A stretch of 64,000 nt of DNA from Candidatus Omnitrophota bacterium (GTDB lineage Bacteria; Omnitrophota; Gorgyraeia; Gygaellales; Profunditerraquicolaceae). Every line of letters starts with the position of its first letter. Position 1 is the stretch's first letter. A program made the position numbers and the translations under genes. Shown here in pieces: positions 25,945 through 41,000 of this stretch. The notes under the pieces are model-generated. The model had not been told where the DNA came from, made no database searches, and was given only the letters and a program-made list of their open reading frames with translations. The stretch is from assembly GCA_026387405.1 (NCBI GenBank), contig JAPLLV010000057.1:1503-65502 (forward strand), in the 5' to 3' direction.

Positions 25945-25988
25945 TTCCAGACCCGCGGTGGATGCATGCTTCCACCGCGGGTCTGGAA
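25945..25988. repeat. REP-like palindromic hairpin, perfect (ttccagacccgcggtgga / tgcatgc / ttccaccgcgggtctggaa)
   Basis: Lies between the stop of the upstream gene (25936) and the ATG of the giant gene (26003). Confidence 0.8.
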
Positions 25989-26002
25989 AACGGAGGCTTA
26001 AA

Positions 26003-29000
26003 ATGAAAAACATATTCACGAAACCCAGCGGTTTCAAATCGGTAATGACCTTCTGTTTTTTTATCATCGCGCTCTTATTTTTCTGGGATACCGTTTTCGG
26101 CGAAATGGCCCGGCAGATATCCTTCCAGGCCAGGATCACCAATAAGGATAAGACGGTACTATCCGGCAGTTTGAGCGTAACCTTCCGTCTTTACTCCGCG
26201 GAAACCGACGGGACTGCCCTCTGGACAGAAACCCAGACTGTTACCGCGGATAGCTCGGGTATAATTTCCTGTTACCTGGGCAGCGTAACGCCGTTTCCCG
26301 ATTCCGTAGATTTCAATACTACATATTACATCTCGCTGGAAGTTAGCGGCGATGGAGAGATGTCTCCGCGTATTAAAGTGGTGCCGACTCCCGCGGCTTT
26401 AAACTCAAGGCTCTTCGACGGCTTGTTATCTTCTCAATTCTTACAGGCAGGAGTACTGACAGTATCCGGATATTTCGCTCAAGATTACACTGGAATTGAC
26501 CACAACGCCATGACTATAAGCTATAGTCCCGCATCAGGCAGTTACAACGCGGTGGATATTTCCTATGGTTCCGCGGGAGGGACCGGCGTTGCCCTTCAGG
26601 TTACCCAGAACGGCACCGGCAATATTATGCAATTGAATTACGACGGCACTCCGCGCATGGTCGTGGAGATGAATGGTAATGTCGGTATCGGCACAACCAG
26701 CCCTTCCCAGGCATTGGAAGTTAACGGGACTGTAAAAGCAACCACTTTCCTGGGAGATGGGAGCAGTTTGAGCGGCCTTTCAGGCGTGATCAGCGGTCTG
26801 ACTACGGGAAAGATTCCTAAGGCAGCCAGCACCACCTCGATAGCTGATTCCGTGATTTACGAAACAAGCAGCAATATAGGCATAGGAACTACGAATCCAG
26901 GTTCAAAGTTAGATGTTTTAGGAACGTTACGTTTATCCGGCTCAACATCGGGATATGTCGGCCTTGCGCCGGCGGCGGCAGCCGGAGCAGCCACATATAC
27001 CTTACCGTCTTCATCAGCGAATGGCTTATTGAAAAATACAGATGGAGCTTTATCCTGGGATACCACAAATTATCTTACCTCAGGCACTATCGCTTCGGGC
27101 ATTACTAATTATTTAGCCAAATATACAGGGACCAGCGCTATCGGCGCTTCCACAATGATCTATGATGACGGCTCAAACATCGGCATTGGCACCACTAATC
27201 CTTTGCAGAAATTACAGGTAGGGGGCGATATTAATATTGAAGGTGGTTCCGGCCTTATGATAAATAATACCGCCGCTTCCGGGCAGTATTTGCGCGGAAA
27301 TGGCACAAGGTTCGTAGATGCGAGCATAGCGGCAGGCGATCTACCAACCGCTATTGATGCGGCAAAGATAGCCGATGGTTCGGTATCAAATGGGGCATTC
27401 CAATATTTGTCCGGCGTGACTTCTGCTGTGCAGACACAGCTTGATAGTAAGGCGCCTAAGGCCGGCCCGATTTTTAGCGGGACCGTTACGGTAGGCAGTA
27501 TGTCCAGCGCCGGTTTTGTAAAAAATGATGCAGCAGGAGTTTTATCCGGAGGCAATACCCTTACCCCCGGCACGGATTTTACCACTGCGAATCTAGTCAA
27601 TGGGACCGGCATTAATATGGGCGGCACTCTGACCAACAGGATCGTTGGTTCAGCAGGTAATGTGACCGTAAATGTATCATCGGGCGTTCCTACATCAGTA
27701 ACAAGCGATACTAATGTCACAGGCTCCATTGCCGACAATGCCTTAACCTTGGGTTGGTCAGGGCAACTTCCTGTATCCAGAGGAGGCACCGGCGCTTATA
27801 CCCTTACCGGCATCCTTAAAGGTAATGGCACCGACGCTTTCACGGCCGCGGTTTCCGGGACAGATTATCTTACTCCCGCAGGGACCCTCACCGGATTAGT
27901 GCAATCTATCGTATCAGGGACTTCTTATATAACCGGCGGTAATTTAGGAATTGGGACTACCGCTCCTTCCGCAAAATTAGAGATCAAGGCCGCAGGCACA
28001 GGCCCGGATGGTTTTGCCTTGCGCGTAACCGATGCGGAGGGCACAGACAAATTAGCTCTTTTAGATAACGGCAATCTCGGTATTGGCACCACCGCGCCCG
28101 GAGCAGCTTTAGAGATCGGCGGGCAAATTAAAATTACCGGAGGCGCTCCCGGGGAAAATAAGGTTTTGATTTCTAATGCCTTAGGGCTTGCCAGCTGGTC
28201 GAGCGCGGCTTCTATTATTGACGCTAATTCTTTGGACTATGATAAATTCAAGGATGCCATGACCCTGGATGCCTCTACCACTGTGAGTTTTGGGAATTAT
28301 GATTATATCTTTGATCTTACCGGTACCGGAAATTTCCGCGCGCAAGATAACGGCAGCGATGTATTTACCGTGAAGAACACCGGCAACGTCGGCATCGGCA
28401 CTACTAATCCCATATCTAAACTCGCGGTTACCGGAAAGATCACGGTTGCCGATGATGCTAATGCCAATGATTCCAACGGCAAGATCTATATCGGCAAAGA
28501 CAGCGGCGGTTCCACCGAAGGCGCCCCGGAAAACGGCTCGCAGTATATTATGTGGAATGACTCTTTTAACGCCGGCGGCAAGACCGGCTGGATGTATGTC
28601 TCAGGCGGTCTGTCCGCGACCAGCATTAATATCCGCAATACCAACACTCTGGTATTCGGCGATACCAACGATACTCCTCAAACGGTGAGTTACAGCCCTA
28701 CCGGCGGCGTAGGCGGTGTAGGCGCGTTTACCTTTTCCAAGGAAATTGTTACTCAGGCGTCAAGCCCTTCCTATCTGACTTTTTCCAAAGCCAATAACAA
28801 CACTTTGTATTCATTGGAGTTCAATCCGGATTCCTCCCCACAGACTTTGCGTTTAGTCAAGAAAGTCAGCGGGGGTTCCATTATTCCTTTGTTTGAATTT
28901 GATACAGCCGGCAGTTTCGGCGTTTTTGATGAGTCCGGCAATAAGAGCACTATTATCAGCCAGGGCCGCCAGTGGCAGCAGGAGTTTAACAACCTGATTT

Positions 29001-32000
29001 TTAACGGTTCCTTTGAGTCCTTTAGCGGCGGCATCTCAGAAGCTCCGACAGGTATGGGGGCTACGCAATACCAAAGCAGTGTTATTGACGGCTGGTTCAA
29101 TTTGGGTGGAGCAAGTATTAGCCGTATCTACGCGCCTTCATTCGGTTACGCGGCCTCCGGCAATGTTAAATTCGGCTATGCCGCAGTCAATGTGTCGGAC
29201 GTATCTTCTTCAGCGGCGCAGGCAATCCAGCAGGAGATCCAGCCGTTTGCTTTACGTGATATTCTTGGTAAACAGATTACCCTTTCAGTTTTTGCCAGGA
29301 ATGGAAATACAGGTTCGGCCACCACGACAATAGGTTTTGAGGCCCAGGATTCCGCAGGCAATAGTATCACTACTAATTTCATCGGTCTTAAGAACAGCCT
29401 GAGCATACTTGATTCAGGTTTTACTTTGTTGAGTTACACCGTTACTGTGCCCACCAATACTTCCAGGTTATTTGTCCGCTTATTCGGCGCTGATGCCTCC
29501 AACGTCACGAACACCGGGGTAGTCATTTATGACGGCGTTAGTCTTGTGTCAGGATCCTTGGTTTCGCCCTTCAGGCCCACGCCGATCGTGGACAGCGGGA
29601 CCCAGACCCAGAAGATCTACGGCGATATGGAAATAGATATGAGCGGCCCCTCAGGCGACATGGCAAATTACGGTGTATCCTCCGGCGGTAACTTGGGTAT
29701 TCAGGGCCAGTTGGCGGTAGGCGGAGGAATTCAAGTCTTCGGCGGTTCAATGACCTTAGGCCGCGGCGGCGCTAATAGCGGTATCTGGGCCTATCCTATG
29801 GGAAACACAAGCGGAACTACTGCCTATAAATACGTAGTTACCTCGGTGAATTCCGGTACTATAGAATCTATGCCCCATCAGGTATATCTTTCTAATGGCC
29901 CGTCAGCACTTACTACGTCTAACTCTATAAATATAGGTTGGAATGTTGATTCCAACGCCTCCAGCTATAAACTGTATGGTCGTTCTCCCAGCAGCTTGGG
30001 ATTAATTGCTTCTGGTTTGACCTCAACCTACTATAATGATAATGGCAGCGTTTCGCCTAATACCGGTGTCCAGCCGCCTACTTTTTATCAAAATGCCTGG
30101 ACCCCACCGGGTTCTTTGACTATGGAAGGCGGCCTGCGCGTCGGAACCGGCGGCAATCCTAGTTATGTCGGCAGCGGCTCCGCCGTATCTTTCGGCAATG
30201 CCTATATCGTCGGCAACCTTGAGGTGGGCGGCACCATCTATGGCGACATTTCCGGAGCGGTAGCCGGCTGGAACAAAGTTGGGACAAATGTCCAATTGAA
30301 AAACATAGGAGATAACGTCGGCATCGGGACGACGGATCCCGGAGCGAAACTGGAAGTTGCGGGGCAGATCAAGATGACCGGCAGTACGCCCGGCGCTGGA
30401 AAAGTTTTGACCTCCGATGCTAATGGTCTTGCGAGTTGGCAGAATGCGACCGGGAATGTGGCATCTGTTTTTGGACGCGCCGGCGCAGTGACCGCTCAGG
30501 CCAATGATTACACCTGGGCGCAGATCGATAAAACGACATCGAGCCTTGCGGATATCACCACGCGGTCTGCCGGAGATTTGAGTTCCGGGAATCTCGCGAT
30601 CGCACGTATGCCCACAGGCGGCGACTGGGGCCTTTCTTCGAATTTGAGCATCAGCGGAGGCAACGTCGGCATCGGGACGACGAGTCCGAGCGCGAAGTTA
30701 GAAATCAGGAGTGATAACAACGGCGGTATCGGTCCTACCTTGATTTTGAGTAATAAAACCGGCGGCGCATTTGGGACATTGGGAAATGCAGCTCAGATTA
30801 ATTTTGGGCTGGATATCTCAGAAGCGCTTACCGAGCCAAATGCGGCTATCCAGGCAATTCTAGAAGATGATTCTAATGCTGCCTCTGGTCTAAGGTTTTT
30901 CACCTTTAATGGTACTGCCAGCGGCGAAAGGGTTAGGATAGCAAATAGCGGCAATGTCGGCATTGGGACGACGGCGCCGGGGAGCAAGCTACATTTACAT
31001 GCCACAGCGATTTCTGGAAGAGAATCGTTGATGAAAGCGACGGTTTCAGATGCTGGGACAGACGCCTTTTACATTGGGAATATTACGAGTGCCGATAATT
31101 GGTTTGTTCCTGCTTTTGCAGGCATGGTTAATTCAACTAACGCAAGGCAAAGTTTGACATTTGCTGGTTTTGTAACTGCGGCTAACGATGCTTCTAATAC
31201 ATCGCCAGTCGTGGATTTCTTAGCTGCAAGAAGCACCTCTACGACTGACCCGCTCAATGGAACTCTTACGGGAATAGCGAACAGAGATTTGTTTGCATTC
31301 AGGACTCTTGATGGTTCTGGTAACAGCGTTTACAAAATGGTTATGAATAGCTCAGGCAACGTCGGCATCGGGACGACCAGCCCTGCCTACAAATTAGACG
31401 TCAACGGCACCCTTAATGCCACTAATATAAATCAAGGGGGAACTGGGCTTATAGATGGGACAGGGACAACAAACTACCTGCCGAAATGGAGTGACAGTAA
31501 TACTCTGACAGGGACCAGCCTTGTTTATGACACCGGCACCAACGTAGGCATCGGGACGACGAGCCCCTCGGCAAACCTCCAGGTTTCTGACGGAAGTTTA
31601 GTCAACTCAGCTCTTATCTCAACGGATAAAATACTTTTAACTTATCAGAATACCGCTCCAGGATTGAGCATTATTTCTGCCGATAATACAACGGCGTCCA
31701 ACAGGGCAGTGTTTAAGGGTGTTCGGTCACGAGGGACATTAGTTTCTCCTCTAGCTCCGTCTACAGATGACGACGTGCTGTCCTTTTTAGGTGCTATATA
31801 CGATGGAACAGCTACGCAAGCAACGGCAATGGTGGGGTTTAAGGTTGATGGGGCGGTTTCTTCGGGCGTGGCTCCGCAAAGAATAAGCTTTATCACATCG
31901 GAAACGACAGGGGCAGCAAGACAGGAAAGGTTAACAATAAAAGCAAACGGCAACGTCGGCATCGGCACTACCAATCCCACTGCCACCCTGCATATAGCTA

Positions 32001-35000
32001 CTGGAGGGATCAGATTTCCTGATAATTCCTATCAGACTAGCGCTACAGCAGGAGGGAGCGTTACTAACATAGCCACTACAGCTCCCATCACCGGCGGCAC
32101 TATCACCAACACCGGCACCATCGGCTTAAGTTATGCCAATGGCCTGAAACTCTCAGGTAACGACCTTGTCCCTGACTATGGCTCAAGCGCAAATACCGTT
32201 GCCCAGGGTAATACTGCCGTCAATGTCAATACTACCGGCAACCTCTCAGGTGGAGCTACCGGCACTGCCGGAGGCGGCCTGAATGTTACCTTAAATACGG
32301 TAAACAATCCCACATTCTCTACTTCTGTTACCACACCCATACTCCAGAATGCCTCTAGCGACTTAACCTTACAGACTACTACTTCTGGGAATATACTCTT
32401 ATCCCCTTCAGGTAATATAGGTATAGGAACTACTTTGCCTCAGGCTAAGCTGGAAATCAAAGCCGCAGGCACCTCAACCGGCTTTGCCTTAAAGGTGCAG
32501 GATTCAACCGGAGCCGATAAGCTTGCCTTCCTTGATAACGGTTCTCTTGGTATAGGCACTACCTCACCCGGTTCCTACAAACTCTATGTGGCAGGGGATG
32601 CCTACTTAGGCGGCCTGACTTTATCCAACGGCAGTATTAACTTCGGCAATGACTTAGATATGCAGAACCATCTGCTCCTAAATATCGGCAATGCCGCAAC
32701 AGACTTTACCACCGGCGGCGGCCTGAACTTAGCCGGCAACCTCGCAGTAAATTCCACCAAGCTCTTTGTAGATGCCACTAACGGCAACGTCGGCATCGGA
32801 ACAACCTCACCAACGGCAGCACTTACCTTTCCAGCAGCATCAACAGGAATTGTGCTCCACAATGCGGCAGACCAAACAACAAATACAGAAACAGGATTTG
32901 CGAGGTGGTCAGGCAATAGCTTTCAAATTGGAACAAATAAAACTGGAACGGGGACGGCTCGCAGTTTAGAGTTCTTTACTGGCGGTGTATCACGATTTAC
33001 TCTCACCGGTGCGGGAGATTATTCTCCAACGTCAGATAATACTTTGTTTATGGGGCTATCCAACAAAAGATTTTATACTGCATATTTTTCAAATTCCATA
33101 AATATCGGCACTGGCACCAGCCCGCAAGTATATCTTGCCGCTTCGGGTAATAGTTGGCTAACAGGCGGCAACGTCGGCATCGGGACGACAGGGCCGATAT
33201 ATAAGATAGATATGTTGTTTTCAAATAATCTTGCCGTTGGTGATGGGATTAGAATCGTAAACTCAAACACAGGAAATTTAGCGGCTGCTATGATTAGAGT
33301 GGAAAACAATACTGGTTCTGACGGTAGGCTTTTCAAACTCGGTTCTGGTTATAGTGCGTATAAGACAATCGTGGGAAATGATTTGGGTTTTTACAACTAT
33401 ACTTCTGGCAACATATCTATTTTGAATGATGTCGCCACTGGCAAAATACTTTTTGCCGCAGGTGCGGCTAATACGGCACAAATGTTAATCGATACGAACG
33501 GCAACGTCGGCATCGGCACAACTGCTCCATTAGGCCTGCTGCAGGTAGGTACTTCGCCTAATGCGCCTTTGGTGGTCTTGGCAAGCGGCAACGTCGGCAT
33601 CGGGACTACGAGTCCTGGGGCAAAACTAGATATTGGCACAGGAACAAGTGCCGATATTATATTTGGGGCTAATACGACCTACACTACTTACAACATTATT
33701 TCTACCAACGGAGTTATGACAGATGCAGGCTTTCAAGGTTTTGGCGGAGGCGGAAGTGCAGAATTTTATATGCAAGCTCCAGCTACTGGAGGATTACACT
33801 TTAGAACAAATGGGAATAGTGAAAAAGTAACAATATTAAGCGGCGGCAACGTGGGCATCGGGACGGCGGCACCTTTAGGTCTCCTGCAGGTAGGCACTTC
33901 TCCTAATGCTCCTCTGGTAGTCCTGGCTAACGGTAACGTAGGAGTAGGTACTACTTCTCCTGCTCAAACCTTAGATGTTACCGGCACCGCCCGCATCACC
34001 GGCAATGTCGGTATAGGCACTACAGCCTCTTCCACCTACGGCCTCTATGTGGTGGGCAATGCCTACTTAGGCGGCCTCACCCTTGCCAACGGCGGTATTA
34101 ACTTCGGCAATGACTTAGATATGCAGAACCATATGATCCTGAATATCGGCGATGCCGCAACAGACTTTACCACCGGAGGCGGCCTGAACTTAGTCGGTAA
34201 CCTCGCAGTAAATGCCACTAAGCTCTTTGTAGATGCCACTAACGGCAACGTAGGCATAGGCACTTCCACTCCAGGCACAGCAGCCTTAGCAATAATGAAT
34301 GGCAACGTCGGCATCGGGACGACGAGTCCGGGGAGTATTTTCTATGTTAATGGCTCAAGTGGCGCACCGTCAACCCTTAATTCTTTGATGACTCTAAGGG
34401 ATAATAATACAAATATAGGTTTTCAAATGGGTGCTACAACGGGTTATGGATGGATACGTTCGGCAGATATTTTAAGCACAGCATATAGTGGAATTAAGGT
34501 AGGCAATGGTTATGTTTCCGTAATGGATGGGTCAACGAATGACAAAGTCTATGTAAATACAACAACTGGCAACGTGGGCATCGGCACGACGAACCCGGGG
34601 GCAAAGTTTCAAATTTCTGGAACAGGTGTATATGATGCAAGTGGTGCTGCAAGATTTGATTTGCTCAATACAACTTACGGGACATCTTGGTTTACTCACG
34701 TTGGAGATACTGGAAATTGGCAAGTTGCGAATGGGGCGGCAACAAAATTACGTATATCTCCGACTACGAATGGGAATATGGATTTTTTTAATGGAACGGG
34801 TAATGTCATTGTCAATGGCACAGGCAACGTCGGCATCGGCACGACCAGCCCTGTCTACAAATTAGACGTCAACGGCACCCTTAATGCCACTGCTATAACT
34901 CAAGGGGGGGTTGGGCTTATAGATGGGGCAGGGACAGCAAACTACCTGCCGAAATGGAGTGACAGTAATACCCTGACAGGGACCAGCCTTGTTTATGACA

Positions 35001-38000
35001 ACGGCACCAACGTCGGCATCGGGACGACGAGTCCGGTTCAGGCTTTACAGGTTGCGAATGATTTTGCTATTGATACGGTTAATCATCGCGTGGGTTTGGG
35101 ATTAACTAATCCAGCTTATCAATTTACCATTGGCAGTAACTTGAGTAATGAAGCGACAAGGGGAATTACTGTCTTGCAGGGTTCTGACTCTGCAAGTGCG
35201 GCTAATTTGAATTTCAGAAAATCCAGAGGGACATTTGCTTCTCCAGAGACAGTTTCGAATCATGACTATCTAAACCTTACAACTTTTTATGCTTATACCA
35301 ACCAATGGCAATCGCCAGCCGCCTTTGGTACTTTTGTTGATGGTACAGTAAGCTCGGGAGTGAATCCTGTCAGCATGTTATTTTCGACGGGTTCAGCTAA
35401 TGAAGCATATAATCCTTTTACGAATAATTCAGTAAGAATGTATTTAAAGCCCGATGGCTCTGTTGGTTTGGGTGGTTCAATGGGCACAATGGGAAGTTTT
35501 GCAGGATCAAAAATGGTTATAGATACTGCCGGCAACGTCGGCATCGGCACGACAAACCCAACGAGTCTTTTATATGTAGCAGGCGACGCTAATATCACCG
35601 GCACGTTCAACGCGGGGATATTTTCGCCATTTACGCTCTCGGTTCCAGGGGCAGCGTACCTGGCTTATAGCTCCGGCAACGTCGGCATCGGAACGACGAA
35701 TCCGGGGACGAAACTTACCGTTTCAGGTTCAGGATTTAACGGCGGCTACGGCACATTTATTTCAACCGATAGCGGCAACGGGGTTTTGGTTCAAGGAGTA
35801 GATGGTGCGGGAATAAACGATACTGCGTACTATGCTTTTTCTGACGGTAATTCGGCGCATAACGCTTTCATTGGATTGGTTGGTACGGCTGGTAAAGGAA
35901 GCGGGAATGTTGGTGATTTGCGGTTTGCGGCAGGCAATAATACCGAGAGAATGAGAATATCTACCGGCGGCAACGTCGGCATCGGGACGGTGAGTCCCGC
36001 ATATAGGCTGAATGTTGCAGATGTTGCCGAGAATACATTTGGCCGGGACATCGTCATACGCAACGGCGATGAGACCAATTACTGGCGTTTGAGCCAAGGT
36101 ATCAATACATCAGGATCGGCTTCTGCAGGCGTTCCGAATAGCAGTAGTTACCTGCTGTGGGAGCAGGGGGGTGGTTATGGCCAAAGCGGAGGACTTGCCG
36201 TAGGTACGAACAATGCATATGCCGGACCACTCATGCTTGTTTCGGGCGGGTCTGAAGCGGTAAGAGTATTGAACAACGGCAACGTCGGCATCGGCACGAC
36301 GAGTCCGAACGCGCCACTTTCAATTGTTAATGCCGTTGGAAGAAGATTCATACTAAATGACTCTGCTACCAGTTATGCCATGGGATTAGGGATAAACCTT
36401 GGACAGGCAGCAAATTCTATGGGTGCATTTATAGGATATGGGGATGGTACTGCCGGGTCATCTAATTTTGAGATTGTTTCAGCAGACCAGGCGTGGCCAT
36501 ATACTTCTTACACAACTCGATTTGTCGTTCAGCGCGGCGGAAATGTCGGCATCGGGACTACGGGGCCGGGGGCTAAACTTGAAGTTGCGGGAACCGGCGT
36601 GGGATCTGGCTGGGGGACCAACTTATCTACTGCTCTAGTTGTTGACGGCGGGGGTTTGGGTACTACGGCAGGAAGTTATGTCTATCCTGCCGAAATCCAA
36701 AATACCGCGGGCAACCGGTTGCGGCTCCAATTTGCTCCATACCGCAGAGTAGCAGGCGCGTCTTGGCAAGGTTCTGCATACCGGATGCAATACGCGGTAG
36801 ATAATTCGTTTACTGACGGAGGCAAGGCATACATTGAACTTGGAGGCGACGATTCTACGTCTTCAGGCGGCGGCTTCGTCTCTCTCGGCACCAACGGTAC
36901 GGACCGTTTGTCCATTCTGGACAACGGCGCCGTCGGCATCGGCATAATCACTCCGTATAGTTCACTGCATATTTCGAACACGAACCCGTCAAATGCTATT
37001 TTGACTCTGGGAGGAGGTTTTGCCGGCACGGTTGATACCGGAGGTCAGATAGTATTCAGGACTGATTTCGGCTCAACCGATACTGTCGGCGGAGCCTCGA
37101 TCAGAGGTTTGAACCAATGGGGCGGTGAGAGCAGCGGACAAGCTATGGATCTCGCCTTTTATACGAATCAGAGGACCGGAGCCAACGCATACACAGGATT
37201 AACCGAACGGATGAAGATCACTCAGGCAGGCTACGTCGGCATCGGGACGACCGCACCCCAAGGCAGGTTAGATGTGTCTGGTATTACGGATGCAGGTTCG
37301 GTCTATTTCCGCAGTACGGGGCGGCCTTTCCTGGATATAAAAGGTGGGGCGAACAGCTATAGTACTCTTAGATTCTCTGATGGTTCTGATGGGACATATC
37401 GCTGGGACATAAATGTTAATCCTGGCAATGATGCTCAACCGAATGCCCTTGGCTTTTGGAGTACGACGCTTAGCGCGCCGGCACTCACGATTCTGCAGAG
37501 TGGCTACGTCGGCATCGGGACGACAAGCCCAACGAGCCTTTTAGATGTAGCAGGCAATCTTAACGTCACCGGCACGTTCAGTATGGGGGCATTCTCGCCA
37601 TCTACGCTCTCGGTTCCAGGGGCAGCGTACCTGGCTTATAGTTCCGGCAACGTCGGCATCGGGTTAACAAATCCTGGAGCAAAATTGGATATCCAAACAT
37701 CAGTGTTAACTGCCCCAGTACTTCGAGTTATGAATTATGGTAATACTGGTAATTCTAACTTTACAATGACTATTCACACCGATCAACCCGCTAATGTAGG
37801 AGGTGCCTATCCGCAATATACCGGGGCTGCTTTGAAAGTGACTGCGTTTCCAAACGCTTCCGCAGATAATGCCGGGTATGTTTTGAAGGTTGGGAGTGAT
37901 GATTCTTCGGGTTCTAGTTTTTCTCCGTATTTGGTTGTAAAGGCAGCTAACGGCAACGTCGGCATCGGGACGGCGAGCCCGGATGCAAAATTAACAATCA

Positions 38001-41000
38001 ATTCTAATACGGTCGCTTCTCCAGGTATTTTATCTAGTGGTACCGTTAGCCACATTGTCGGAGCAGACGCCGCAGTTAGTCGGATGCTTATTGATGTGTT
38101 TGCTAATACCGCATCTGTTACATTGCGCAAGGCAGACGGGACTGCCGCTAGCCCAACCGCGTTGGCAGCTAATGACCTCATAGGGCAATTTGCTTTTCAG
38201 GGATATGGCACAACTGCTTATTCTACGGCAGCCAAGGCGGCAATGAACGGCTTTGCATCCGAAAATTGGACTGATACAGCACAAGGAACTTATTTAACAT
38301 TTAATACTACACTAAACGGGGCAGCGGGGGCTTCCGAGAGAGTAAGGATAGATAATGCCGGCAACGTCGGCATCGGGACGACAAGTCCAGGATATCCGCT
38401 TCAAGTCGGTAACTATGCATATTTAACAAACGATGGTACTAACGAGTTTGCTATTTTAGGGGCAAAGACAGCAAGTGGTGGTTTAGAACGATTGTTCTTA
38501 GATGCAAATTGGGTTCGTATCGGGACAAATTATTCAAGCCCCGATATAGAGATAAAATCAGGCTACGTCGGTATCGGGACGACGAGCCCGGGATATCTTC
38601 TTGAACTTTACAATGCAGCTAATCCTATCATAAATCTAAAAACGGCCAATTATAGCACTGGTTTTTCTCAATATGAAGGAAGCTGGTACGGTGTTTCAAA
38701 TCCAACGATCATTCAACCGTTGGCTCCAGCGACCTCGCACGATGTTGTAATCACGGGAGTTCAAAATGGCCCGTTATCAGGGATTGTAATTAAATCGACC
38801 GGCAACGTGGGCATCGGGACGACGAGTCCCCAAACCAGCCTTGAGATTGGCTATAAAACACAACGCTATTTGATGTTCTCCGATTCAAGGCTGGCGCATG
38901 GCGTCACCAATTTCGTTCCGACCAATGTCTTTGGTTCATTTGAGCAGTACACCTCCGACGGCCTCGGCGGGTTCATCTTCCGCGGCGTGACCGGCGACGT
39001 TGACCGAACGGCGCTCTATTTCGTCGGCGTCAGCGGCAACGCGGCTCCCACCAACGCTCCGATTGTCTTCCGCGGGGCAAAAAAGAGCGGGGCCGGATAC
39101 ACCGACATGGCGAACAATGAACCGGTGATCCAGTTCCAGTCCGGTTCCACGCCGTTGAACATTATGACGTTCATGGGGAGCGGCAACGTCGGCATCGGGA
39201 CGACGGGTCCTCTGCAGATGTTACAAGTAGGGCAGTTAAGCGGTTCGGCGGTCAGCGATGGACAGTTAGTATTGGCAAAATCCAACGGCGGTCCTAATCG
39301 CGCTTTCAAGATCGGCCTAGACAGCAATTATGCGCTTTCCATCGGTGATTACGGATACCATGCAGGTATTGCATATACTCCGTATTTGACCATGTCCTAT
39401 GCGACCGGCAACGTCGGCATCGGGACGACGGACCCGCAGTATAAATTAGACGTTAATGGAACCGCCAGAATTAGCGGCGTGACTCTGCTATCAGGCGGTT
39501 TATCAGACCTTTCCACCTTGACTGTGACAGGAAATACGAACCTTGCGACAACTTCCGGCAACGTCGGCATCGGGACGACGGCACCCGGAACAAAACTTCA
39601 GGTATCCGGGGATGGAAATGCTAATACATATAGAGGGGTTATAAGAATAGATGATACGGGTACTTCAAAATGGGGAGGAATCGCATTTCCAGATAGCGTA
39701 GGCGCTGCTGATAGTGCCGCGAATAATTATTATTTTATAGGGCGTGGAGATGCTATAGCTAATAGAACTTTCACTATCCATATACCTACAGCAGCTAATT
39801 ATGGCAGTGGCGGGCAGCCGATTTTTGGAGTCTATTCCACAGGGTCGGACCAATTATTTAGAGTTCAGGCTTCTACGGGCGAAACATATATAAAGGGCAG
39901 CCTTGGCATCGGGACGACGAGCCCCGGCTTTACATTGGATGTCAACGGCACGGTTGCTCGTGTGGGTCCGACTGGCAGCGGAGTTGCCTATACTCAATAT
40001 GGAAATAGTGCGACTGATGCTAATAATTATTTAGTAGGTGACGAAAATGGTGATTTTGAATTCTATCAAGGTAAATATGGAGGAACAGGTAACGATCGTA
40101 TGCGTATCAAAGCTGGCGTCAACGTCGGCATAGGGACTGCGAGCCCAAGTGCTAAATTGCATGTAAAAGGAGATGCATATGTCGGCGTTCCTTATTTAGA
40201 TAGCGATACATCCGATAAGACCTTGACTATCGCGACTATGACTACCGGCAAGCCCTATTTATCATTCCAGCAAGGCGGCAATAGCGGTTCTGAAATTTAC
40301 CACGATAATACGTATTTAAACTTCGGAGAAAATAGCGGAGGTTCCCGTTCTGGTCCTTATATGGTAATTAAAACCGCAGGTGCCGGCCAGGGCAGTGTCG
40401 GCATCGGGACGACGACGCCAGTGGCTCCTCTGCAAGTCGTTGGTCGGGCTACCGCCGATTATCTGGACCAGGGACACAGCGATCTTGGAACGAGCGCTTC
40501 ACAATCGGCGCTTTCAACATGGGTCGCGATGGCAAGCGCGACGGTTTCTTACGGCACGGTGGAGGCGAACACGCGCATATATAAAAATGGCGATCTGGTC
40601 GCGGAAAAAGCAACGGCCGGGGCCGGCACATTCAACGTTGTCGCGGGCGACATCATTACCACCAACAATAAACCGGTGGGTCTTGTAGCAGAAGGCGCGC
40701 AGTACAGTATCGTGCCGCTGACCCTTTCCGGCACGCAGTTCGGTTTCTACAGCAGTCGCGACGACCCGCAGATAGTATACGTGTATGCGCCCTACGGTAC
40801 AGCGTATGTTGAGTTCTATCAGGACGCTTATAAAGGCGGCACACCGGCCGCCACGGCCACTGTGGCGCAAGGCCAGATAGCAACACTGACAGGAACAGCA
40901 ACCGTAGCTGCCCATTACAACCGCGTTTATGCTTCATCGCCTGTTATTATGACCAAAGCAGGCACCGGCGGCGACTACGATATCGTATCGCCGGCAAGCC